Assembly: GCA_018819225.1 (NCBI GenBank)
Contig: JAHJQN010000004.1
Span: forward strand, 160,001 to 224,000
Direction of reading: 5' to 3'
Origin: Candidatus Micrarchaeota archaeon
GTDB taxonomy: Archaea; Micrarchaeota; Micrarchaeia; Norongarragalinales; SBBD01
Length of the DNA stretch: 64,000 bases
The notes beneath the pieces are model-generated. The model was not told where the DNA came from and made no database searches. It worked only from the letters and a program-made list of their open reading frames with translations. The position numbers and the translations under genes were made by a program. Shown in pieces: positions 37,376 through 45,309 of the stretch; the stretch's first letter is position 1, and each line of letters begins with the position of its first letter.

Positions 37376-37672
37376 TTAGAATCTCCAGACTTCATAGCTT
37401 CGCTTGTGCTTCCTATAAGTCTTCCGTTGTAATTTTGAAAGACGTGCTCTACCCGATTTGACTTCTACTAGTTTTTTCTTTTTCCTTCCAGTACGCCAAC
37501 TACGCTTTGAAACCTCGTAGTCAGACCCCCGACCTGTTCTTTTAATACTATAGCCGTGTAGTCCATAACGGGTAATTGCCAGGTCTTCCGCCATCTTGCC
37601 TTTTGTTTTATTTCGAACTAAACGTGTACGTTTTGCTTCTCGCAATAATCCGCCAAGAAGACCCAATTCCAT
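37376..37672 (-). CDS. Small PD-(D/E)xK nuclease-like protein
   Basis: GKMAE...RTGRGSDY...VEVKSG..LSKLQ. Confidence 0.75.
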   Translation of the reverse strand: MELGLLGGLLREAKRTRLVRNKTKGKMAEDLAITRYGLHGYSIKRTGRGSDYEVSKRSWRTGRKKKKLVEVKSGRARLSKLQRKTYRKHKRSYEVWRF

Positions 37673-37791
37673 CTCCTAATGGCAAAGCGTTAAACTCCTT
37701 TTTTAAGGCATATCCTACAAGAGAGTACAGGGACCTTTTTATTAGAATAAAAATATGAAAATCGATAGTGCACTTTAATAGTTGACGACAA

Positions 37792-38760
37792 ATGGAAGTA
37801 TATGAAATAATGTCAACTCCGCCAATAACGGTTAGATTAACGGATAGTGTACATAAAATTCAAAAATTATTTTACAGGCATAAAATTGCTAGTATTTTTG
37901 TCGTTGAAAATGGAAGAGTTGAAGGGCTAGTTACAAGAAAGAACTTTTTTTCAAGTAAACATTTTCTTAGACACAATTCAACTGCAAAAAATGTAATGAC
38001 AAGAAACGCATATACAATTCATTCAACTGCCGGCGTAGATACTGCTTCGGATTTAATGATTCAATATGGTGTCAATAGTCTTGCTGTAATCAGAAGTGGA
38101 AAAATTGTAGGGGTAGTCACCCGATTTGACTTTAATAAACGCAAACGAGAGCATAATCCGCCAACCTACATTCAGTATACGCCAAATCCGCCATCAAACA
38201 ATAAAAGTTTTGGTTTTTATATTTTTATAAGCATTATTTTATTGTATCTAGGCTACACTTTTATCTACCCCATTATTGAATTTAGTAATACTAGTTCAAT
38301 AGAATTTCTAATACACCAAAAAATCAATTATGAACGCGGTAAATACAGACTTCCACATTTAATGTACGATAGTTCATTACAAAGAACTGCAGACAAGCAT
38401 AGTATAGATATGGAAGAAAATAATTTCTTCGACCATATTAATAAACAAGGGAAAGATCCCGCTCAAAGACTCTACGAACAAGGATTCTCGTGTTCAAAAC
38501 AATACGGTAACCTAATTTATTCAGGCGTTGGCGAAAATATTGCAAAAGAACCAATTTTTAGCCAAAGGGGATTTTTAGCCATTTTTCCATACGTTATTTG
38601 GAACGATAAAGAAAAAATTGCCTCGGCAACAGTGGAAGGATGGATGAAAAGCCCAAGTCATAGAGAAAATATCTTAACTGCTCATTATTCGTCTGAAGGA
38701 ATTGGTGTTCATAGAAGTACTTTTGGAGAGTATTTCTATATAACTCAAAACTTCTGTTAG
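37792..38760 (+). CDS. CBS-pair / TM / CAP(SCP) domain fusion protein
   Basis: IMS.PP..V, GLVT, VMT, GVVTRFD; TM; INYER, HSIDM...FFDH, GENIA, WMKSPSHRENIL, TQNFC. Confidence 0.85.
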   Translation: MEVYEIMSTPPITVRLTDSVHKIQKLFYRHKIASIFVVENGRVEGLVTRKNFFSSKHFLRHNSTAKNVMTRNAYTIHSTAGVDTASDLMIQYGVNSLAVIRSGKIVGVVTRFDFNKRKREHNPPTYIQYTPNPPSNNKSFGFYIFISIILLYLGYTFIYPIIEFSNTSSIEFLIHQKINYERGKYRLPHLMYDSSLQRTADKHSIDMEENNFFDHINKQGKDPAQRLYEQGFSCSKQYGNLIYSGVGENIAKEPIFSQRGFLAIFPYVIWNDKEKIASATVEGWMKSPSHRENILTAHYSSEGIGVHRSTFGEYFYITQNFC

Positions 38761-38844
38761 ACCGTTTTATATTGAGTAGTTAGGGCATTGTGATATCGTG
38801 TTCAAACCCGGCCTGCGGCATAGACAACGGTATACGGAAAAAAG

Positions 38845-40608
38845 CTATTTCGTTGGAATCAATCTCTCCAGATCATGCAAAATATGGGCAACGGATGTCC
38901 TCAATTCGTCCAAAATGTTACTTAACTCCGCGATTGTTACTTCAAGTGTTCCTACCCGTCCTTCAAGATCGGAACTCCCAAAAGGGGTAACCGAAGTGCA
39001 TCCCTTGCTTTGTTTCTGAAGCCCCACAAGAGTACACATGTATTCCGTCTGGAACTTATTATTTTTTCCTTCAATGCGACGATGAGTGTAAGCGTTCACA
39101 CCCGTGCAATAGAAGTCATAAAACGTGTTGCAAACCTGATTATCGTTAATGATATTATTTCCACTGGATAAAACAATTCCCCTCTCATTTCTGGAAATAT
39201 CGTTATTCGTAATATTAGTATCGGAGGTCACTTCAAGAGCAAGAAATTGATCTCTGAACTTATTACGAAAGATCGTTAGTGTTCCCTCAGAATTACCTAA
39301 GTTGGATGCGATACCCACATAATTGTTGTTTATTGTATTGTTCTCAAATAGCGATTGGGAAGCCGAATAATTGTGCCAGTACAGGATGTATCGAATGCCG
39401 TACTTGAAGTCTTGGATGATGCAATTCTTAACTGTTAAATTGCCATGGTGCAAGCTGTCTACTCCGCTGCCGAATCCTGATTCATAACCCGGCCCAGTAA
39501 TGGAATGACCCTGACAATCCAAGGTTACGTCGTCTGATCCGATTATGATACAGCTATCGTTGTAGGTATCCACATGCAAGTCTTCTTCCAAGTAAGTGTC
39601 TTCGAAAATAATACCGCACGCAGAAGGCTCCGGTTCAGTTTCGTTCTGGGAATTGATTACGAAGTTGTCGAAAACGGAGTCCACGACGCCATCATGGCCG
39701 GCAACCGTCTCAAAAGAAAAAGTGATGGGATACTGATCGGTAAAATCGGTAATAATTGGAGGAGAACCATACACGTGCCACTCATTCGTCTGCGTAATCG
39801 TTCCGTTCGGCAATATGGTTGTTAAAACGGCGGAAGAGTTACTGAACGAAATGTGGAGCTGGTAGTCTCCCAAATCGTTCCCCAACTGAACTTCCCCGTT
39901 CCAATTACCAACCCATTTCTCAACCAACGTGCCATCCCTGAGTTTCAAGACCGTGCGAATCAAGCGGTTGCCGGAACCACTCGGGTAATACACGTAATAG
40001 GAAAGCTCATTGCCAGGATAGAATGAATGATTAGTCATAGTCATTCGTGTGCGGGCGTCACGGGCACCAAGCTGGCTGAGCCGATAGTTTTGAGTGAAGT
40101 TGTCACGGTAATGCAAGTCAACGTGCCCAGACCCAGGCGTGCTTTCGTTCCATAACAGGTTCGTAGCCACTTCGTTGGAAAAGTCGTCGTATAACTGCTC
40201 GCCTTCATCTAGAACTGGAAGAGTCGTAAAGTTCTGGTTAGATGAATTAAGACAACCGAATTCATTGCAGTTCATTGTCATGACGTGATAAGTCGTGTTC
40301 GGCTCAAGGTCATCGGAAATATTGAAGAAAAATGTTTGATTATAAGGAATACCTGCCCTGTAGTAAGAATACGTGTAATTATTCCAACCGCTACCCTCAC
40401 CACTTCCAACAAAAAGAGTTGAATTAGCTGGCTGGTTAGTATACCAAGCAAACCACGCACTCGAACTCGTAATAAAGTAGACAGACAAATTGATCAGTGC
40501 AGGCGGTTCCGAAGGAATGGAAGGCGCTGACCCGAAATCATCTCCAGAAACGTAAGGAAAACTCGCCGCTAAACACAGAATCAATGCCCAAAAGCTAAAA
40601 CGGTTCAT
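38845..40608 (-). CDS. Secreted protein with FN3-like and parallel beta-helix domains
   Basis: Signal peptide at ATG 40608; WYTNQPANS..LEPNTTYH; VTLDCQGHSI and N-rich repeats; short coiled-coil C-terminus. Confidence 0.78.
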   Translation of the reverse strand: MNRFSFWALILCLAASFPYVSGDDFGSAPSIPSEPPALINLSVYFITSSSAWFAWYTNQPANSTLFVGSGEGSGWNNYTYSYYRAGIPYNQTFFFNISDDLEPNTTYHVMTMNCNEFGCLNSSNQNFTTLPVLDEGEQLYDDFSNEVATNLLWNESTPGSGHVDLHYRDNFTQNYRLSQLGARDARTRMTMTNHSFYPGNELSYYVYYPSGSGNRLIRTVLKLRDGTLVEKWVGNWNGEVQLGNDLGDYQLHISFSNSSAVLTTILPNGTITQTNEWHVYGSPPIITDFTDQYPITFSFETVAGHDGVVDSVFDNFVINSQNETEPEPSACGIIFEDTYLEEDLHVDTYNDSCIIIGSDDVTLDCQGHSITGPGYESGFGSGVDSLHHGNLTVKNCIIQDFKYGIRYILYWHNYSASQSLFENNTINNNYVGIASNLGNSEGTLTIFRNKFRDQFLALEVTSDTNITNNDISRNERGIVLSSGNNIINDNQVCNTFYDFYCTGVNAYTHRRIEGKNNKFQTEYMCTLVGLQKQSKGCTSVTPFGSSDLEGRVGTLEVTIAELSNILDELRTSVAHILHDLERLIPTK

Positions 40609-40856
40609 GTAACTACACCCCCTATTGGCTACGGACAAACAACATTTTTTAAGGAGTGGCTTTGGTCGATTTCGGTTTGTTCGAGCGCATAACGATTTCA
40701 AAGAGGCGAATCTCGTCGATGGCCAAATAGAGCAGGGCTTAAATAGGGGTTTGCGGTCAGGGCAAGCGGGTGCGAGGCCAAAAGCCAGCCGGAACCGGCT
40801 TGGGATAGTAGATTATGAGGGAATTATGGCGGGGGGCTTCGCTACCGTGGGCTGAA

Positions 40857-40986
40857 AGCCCCCGGCGAGAATCGAACTCGCGACCTCCTGTTTTCTCGCT
40901 CTTGCTTTTTTGGTCGAGCTTTTCTTAAAGAAAAGGTCGGGTGGCAAGGTTACGAGACAGGCGCTCTTCCGCTGAGCTACGGAGGC
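40857..40986 (-). tRNA. tRNA-Thr(CGT) with 58-nt canonical intron (40893-40950)
   Basis: Cloverleaf GCCTCCG/CGGGGGC, anticodon 40954-40952, BHB with CTCG/CGAG helix, U discriminator. Confidence 0.93.
40910..40939 (+). repeat. tRNA-associated hairpin element, copy 1 (inside Thr intron)
   Basis: ttggtcgagcttttcttaaagaaaaggtcg. Confidence 0.8.
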
Positions 40987-41015
40987 ATAAATGTTTTTTC
41001 AAATGCCCATTTCAT

Positions 41016-41078
41016 TTGGCGGAGCTTTTCTTTATAAAAGAAAAGGTCCGCGCTTCCTTCCGCTGAGCTACGGAGGCA
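41016..41078 (+). repeat. Hairpin element copy 2 plus duplicate of tRNA-Thr 5' end
   Basis: ttggcggagcttttctttataaaagaaaaggtccg followed by cttccgctgagctacggaggca (copy of 40966-40987). Confidence 0.8.
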
Positions 41079-41332
41079 ACTTTATTTTTTATGAACCGTT
41101 TGTTTTAAATGGCAATGGGGGGTAGGGGCGACCCGCGTAAGGGGAACTCCCCTTGGAGGGGGTCCTGGGGTGCGGAGGCATTCTGACAACAAAATGCGCA
41201 TTGTTTATGGACGGCTTTTGTTTAAAAAAACGTTGGATACTGGATCCGGGGATGCAACCAGACATTTAATAATATTCAGGCGCTCTTTTCAATCGTATTT
41301 CACGAACGAAATCAAGGGAGGCTGATAAACGG

Positions 41333-41917
41333 ATGCCACACAAATGCGTCAAATGCGGAAAATTGTATCCGAACATGGCGCCAGAGCTCATGAAAGGCTG
41401 CGAATGCACGTCCCGCATCTTCTTGTTCTTGCGCGAAAGCCAAGTCAGCGTCAAGGAGACCATGGAGTTGCTGCAGGAAGAGAGCCAGAAGCTCGTGGAA
41501 GACACGAAAGCCATTCAAGAACTCGCCGAAGCCACGCCCATCACCATAGAAAAAATCGAGCTGCCTTCCGTACCCGTCAAGTCCATGGTGGAACAACAGG
41601 ACGTGCACGGCAAGCCCCACGTCATTCGAGTACAAGAAAAGAAGGATCCTGAAAAAGCCGTGGATGAAATCGAGGAAGCGGACATGGAATCCGATCAAGA
41701 AGATGACACGGACGGGCTCGTGGACGGGGACATGGAGAAAACCGTTTTACCCGTTGACGCGGACGGAGAACCCGTTGAAAACATCACCATCCTGGAAAAG
41801 GGATCGTACGAGCTCAACATCGAGTCACTCATGGCGGGTAACCCGCTCGTCATCCGAACCGAACGCGGAATATTCTACATACGCATTCCGACGCCCGTCA
41901 ACCAAAGGAATCGGTAA
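41333..41917 (+). CDS. Zn-ribbon protein (COG3364/DUF2072, OapC-like)
   Basis: MPHKCVKCG...GCECTSRIF; ENITILEKGSYELNIESLM. Confidence 0.85.
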   Translation: MPHKCVKCGKLYPNMAPELMKGCECTSRIFLFLRESQVSVKETMELLQEESQKLVEDTKAIQELAEATPITIEKIELPSVPVKSMVEQQDVHGKPHVIRVQEKKDPEKAVDEIEEADMESDQEDDTDGLVDGDMEKTVLPVDADGEPVENITILEKGSYELNIESLMAGNPLVIRTERGIFYIRIPTPVNQRNR

Positions 41918-42213
41918 TGGCTATTAACGAGATCGCATCCAAACCGGCTATCGACGTAGCGGAAAGCGTGGCGTTTTCCGGAGCGGACTTGATCATCATC
42001 GCCGGAGTCGTCATTATTCTGGCACTCATCGTCCTCTTTATTTTCCGGCGGTTTCTCATCAACTCCGTCATCGGAATCATCGCCCTCATCGTACTGAATT
42101 ATGCGGGCGTAGAGATTCCGTTGAACGTGGCCACCATTGTCGTCACCGCGATTTTGGGTTTAGTGGGCGTGGCGCTGCTCATCATCCTCAAGCTATCGGG
42201 AATCGCCTTTTAA
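41917..42213 (+). CDS. BofA-like small membrane protein
   Basis: FLINSVIGII...IPLN...AILGLVGV. Confidence 0.75.
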   Translation: MAINEIASKPAIDVAESVAFSGADLIIIAGVVIILALIVLFIFRRFLINSVIGIIALIVLNYAGVEIPLNVATIVVTAILGLVGVALLIILKLSGIAF

Positions 42214-42245
42214 TGGTTCCCGGGACTAATTTTGTTTCCAGGCAA

Positions 42246-42369
42246 GGGCCCGTAAGAGAAACCATCTCCGGGACGCTCAGCTTGGATAGAGCGATTGCCT
42301 CCTAATCACTCGCGGATTGCAAGTGGAGGGGAAAGCAATAGGTCGTGGGTTCGAATCCCACCGGGCCCG
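42246..42369 (+). tRNA. tRNA-Arg(CCT) with two introns (9/10: 42255-42274; 37/38: 42305-42333)
   Basis: GGGCCCG/CGGGCCC acceptor, ATTGC/GCAAT stem, anticodon 42301-42303; BHB at both introns. Confidence 0.88.
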
Positions 42370-42394
42370 CTTAATGCCAGTTCCCGTGGTTTCA

Positions 42395-42446
42395 TTGGTC
42401 GAGTTTCCTTCCCAAGAAAGGTCGTTCAGAATCCCGACCGGGCCCG
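42395..42446 (+). repeat. Hairpin element copy 3 plus duplicate of tRNA-Arg 3' end
   Basis: ttggtcgagtttccttcccaagaaaggtcg then ttcagaatcccgaccgggcccg. Confidence 0.78.
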
Positions 42447-42485
42447 TATATTAATTAAACTTGTTTTCCTGCAACCTATACCATT

Positions 42486-42602
42486 GCGGAGGTCGCATAG
42501 TGGCTATTGCGGCAGCCTGCTATCTTTTTGCAGCGAAGGCTGCGGAAGGTTGGAAAGCTGTTGGCGCTTCGCGCCTCGTGGGTTCGAGTCCCACCCTCCG
42601 CG
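42486..42602 (+). tRNA. tRNA-Ser(GCT) with 33-nt canonical intron (42523-42555)
   Basis: GCGGAGG/CCTCCGC acceptor, long variable arm GGCGC-TTCG, G discriminator, relaxed BHB. Confidence 0.88.
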
Positions 42603-42653
42603 CTCAATAATGCGGTCGTTGGATACCATGGAACATATGGGTAACCGGTTTCT

Positions 42654-42708
42654 TTGGTCGAGCTTTCTTTACAAAGAAAGGTCGTTCGGAATCCTTACCC
42701 TCCGCGCT
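42654..42708 (+). repeat. Hairpin element copy 4 plus duplicate of tRNA-Ser 3' end
   Basis: ttggtcgagctttctttacaaagaaaggtcg then ttcggaatccttaccctccgcgct. Confidence 0.8.
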
Positions 42709-42755
42709 ATTAACAGTTATGGATTGCGCGTAGGTTAATCATACAGGTAAAGCAA

Positions 42756-43694
42756 ATGAATTTCCGAAACGTATTGTATTTCATTGCGTTGATTGCCCTT
42801 GCGTACGCATTGCTCAAGATTTTTCAAGCCGAGCAGGCGCTCCCGAAACTCGATGCATTCATCGCGGCAGGCGCTATAGTCAGTTACTTGATCAGCATCG
42901 TGCTATGGAACGAAGCATGGGGCCAGTATTTGAAAATTGATTTTTGGAAAAGCAATACCATTGGATGGAGCGCGCAGTTCGCGGCATTGACGCCGTTAAG
43001 CATCGGAAACGACGTATTGAGAGGTTATTTCGCGAAACAGCACGGCCACCGGTTTTCCGCAGGGATGGCGGCGAGCCTGGCCACCAAGTTTTATAAGATT
43101 GCGTTGGCACTCGTTTTTTCAGCTGCGGGTATCGCGTTATTGTTTTTGCGAAATGAAGAACTCCAGCAATGGATTGGATTAGGCGTCGTCGTACCGGTAC
43201 TGCTGTTGCTGGGGCTATACGTTATCACGAAGGAAGGCTTCGCGGGAATCGTCAACAAGATCACGTTCAACCGTATCGCGAAAGGGCGTATGATCGAGTT
43301 CTCCGGCAAAATGAAGTATTACGTTCACGCTCCATCGGGAAGCGTCTTGCTGATATTAATCACTTCACTCGCGTTCGAATTTCTGGCGTTCTACCTGTGT
43401 TTCCAGGCGTTCGGCGTGTTCTTGGAACCGTTCACCGCCTATTTGGCTTACGCGCTATTGTTCTTTTTGTCGAAAATTCCGTTGCTGCCGCAAGGCATCG
43501 TCATAACGGAGATAGCGGGCGTCATGATTTTGAGGAGTGTCGCCGCGTTACCACTGGTGGCAGCAGGAATCCTGTTATGGAACGTTTCACGCGTGTGGGT
43601 TCCAGTCGTCATGAGCTTTCTCGTTCTATCGTTATCAAAGCAAAAGTTGCCGGACTCCAACGAAATGAGGAAATGGGAGACCGAACGCCATTAA
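42756..43694 (+). CDS. Lysylphosphatidylglycerol synthase TM domain / flippase-like (UPF0104) protein
   Basis: Polytopic; LTPLSIGNDVLR, LPQGIVITE. Confidence 0.75.
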   Translation: MNFRNVLYFIALIALAYALLKIFQAEQALPKLDAFIAAGAIVSYLISIVLWNEAWGQYLKIDFWKSNTIGWSAQFAALTPLSIGNDVLRGYFAKQHGHRFSAGMAASLATKFYKIALALVFSAAGIALLFLRNEELQQWIGLGVVVPVLLLLGLYVITKEGFAGIVNKITFNRIAKGRMIEFSGKMKYYVHAPSGSVLLILITSLAFEFLAFYLCFQAFGVFLEPFTAYLAYALLFFLSKIPLLPQGIVITEIAGVMILRSVAALPLVAAGILLWNVSRVWVPVVMSFLVLSLSKQKLPDSNEMRKWETERH

Positions 43695-44335
43695 GCATCC
43701 GCAGCAGCGGCTTGAGCGAGGCGTTGCTTGGTGAGCTTCAAGGCGAAAAAGCGTTCGGATTCCAAGCGGTTCAAGTGATCGGAAATCGATTTGATCGTTG
43801 CTTTCAGTCGGGGCTGCACGTTGAATTCCAAGGCATTGACTTTGCGATTCGTGATCTCGATTTCCTTCAACAAACGTTTGAGAGCGGTTTCAAATTCGGC
43901 GAGCTTGATGATGAGATTCAACGATTTTTCGAAGTGTTCGACGGCTTCATCGAATTTCGCGGAAGACCCTTGAAGACTGTAACCGCGGGAAAGCAAGTCC
44001 TTCGAGACATCGACTCCGCGAATCTCGGCAATGCGCACGCCCATGATGTTCTTGGGTTTGACCTCGATTTCAGGCACTTTCTTGGAAGAAAGTGCAGCGG
44101 TTTCCACGAACAAATCGCCGTGGAACGCGCGGGCAATGGCGAGTGAACGAAAAGAAGATTTCAATTCACCATCGACTTCAGAACGCAGGTTCTTGGCTTT
44201 CTTTACCACTTGAAAGAACTCCAAAACAAGCGCATCACGTTTTTGTTTTAAAAGTTTGTGGCCTTTCGAGGCGAGAATAAGGCGTTGTTTCGTGTTCAAC
44301 ATTTCCATTCGAGTGGGCCTGACGCCTTCCACCAT
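43691..44335 (-). CDS. atpD: A/V-type ATP synthase subunit D
   Basis: PTRMEM, GHKLLKQKRDAL, NIMGV, TNRKVNALE. Confidence 0.95.
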   Translation of the reverse strand: MVEGVRPTRMEMLNTKQRLILASKGHKLLKQKRDALVLEFFQVVKKAKNLRSEVDGELKSSFRSLAIARAFHGDLFVETAALSSKKVPEIEVKPKNIMGVRIAEIRGVDVSKDLLSRGYSLQGSSAKFDEAVEHFEKSLNLIIKLAEFETALKRLLKEIEITNRKVNALEFNVQPRLKATIKSISDHLNRLESERFFALKLTKQRLAQAAAADA

Positions 44336-44377
44336 ACGATTACACCAATCCGCAAGAAAAAGAATGCAGTAGAGGAA

Positions 44378-45127
44378 TTATAATCCTTTGGACGCGATTT
44401 CGATGCCATAGATTCGGCGAGCGGTTTCCGATAGAACGCGGTCGACTTCAGAAATGGGAATGTTTCGTTTGGAAGAGATGCGCTCGTACACCTCCTGCAC
44501 GTTCTTGGACTCGTTTCGGCCGTTCAACCATAAATAAGGGGAATCGGTTTCCGCTTGAAGCGAAGAAAGAGGGGCTTTCTTGATGATGGTGTCTCGGGCC
44601 TTGTTTTTCATAGTGCTTAAAGATAAGGTGTAATGGCGTCGAAGCGCTTCGGAGAGAAAAGGCGGGGCGTAGAAACAATGGAGAATCACGCTCAGCTTCG
44701 GGAATTCCGCCAATATCTCGAAGGCAGGAGCGTGCGACTCGCGCAAGTGAATTTGGACGGGCTTGGAAAAGGATTCGGCGAGCTCGAGCTGCGCGCGGAA
44801 CGCCTGAATTTGAACCGCATGATCTTTTTCCTTGAAATAATGGTATTCGAGACCGATTTCGCCGATGGCGATGGCCTGTTCCGCATGTTTCTTGAGAAAA
44901 GAGAGCTCGAGTGGAAGATTTTTTGTGACGGCGTCGTGCGGGGATAAGCCGATGACGGGATAGAGGAATCGGGGATGGCGTTGGCATAATGAAAGCACGT
45001 GCTCGGAATCGATTTGAGACGTGCCAATGCATAAAACAGCGGATAGCGATTGGCGTGCCCGAGCGATTACGGACTCGACATCGGATTGAAATTTCTCATG
45101 CGTGAGATGAGCATGGCCGTCGAACAT
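44378..45127 (-). CDS. tatD: TatD-family nuclease
   Basis: DGHAHL, IGEIGL, IHLR, LHCF, ETDSPYL. Confidence 0.92.
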   Translation of the reverse strand: MFDGHAHLTHEKFQSDVESVIARARQSLSAVLCIGTSQIDSEHVLSLCQRHPRFLYPVIGLSPHDAVTKNLPLELSFLKKHAEQAIAIGEIGLEYHYFKEKDHAVQIQAFRAQLELAESFSKPVQIHLRESHAPAFEILAEFPKLSVILHCFYAPPFLSEALRRHYTLSLSTMKNKARDTIIKKAPLSSLQAETDSPYLWLNGRNESKNVQEVYERISSKRNIPISEVDRVLSETARRIYGIEIASKGL

Positions 45128-45309
45128 ACGGGTATATAGTTTCAATCGGAATAAAACGGTTTGGGGTGAAAGAAGAAGGTCAACTGCCATGTATATAAAT
45201 GTTTTACACCCTCAAAGAAAAACATCCGATTCCGTTTTTCCTAAGTGCCTGCAGACGCTTAGAAGGCAAGGGAAAAAAGGAAAACGATTCGATTGAAAGG
45301 ATTGGAAAA

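Noticed and set aside
34786-40850. Intact provirus or integrative element
   Set aside because: No integrase, replication, capsid or packaging genes; only cargo and decayed att-like repeats
40893-42710. Repeated hairpins as a CRISPR array
   Set aside because: Only four degenerate copies with irregular spacing, tied to tRNAs; no cas genes
42295-42738. 147-aa ORF
   Set aside because: Overlaps tRNA-Arg and tRNA-Ser; spurious
43169-44146. 325-aa ORF and other long alternate-frame ORFs over housekeeping genes
   Set aside because: Shadows of well-supported genes (flippase-like gene, atpD, ribosomal proteins, trxB) with no motifs of their own
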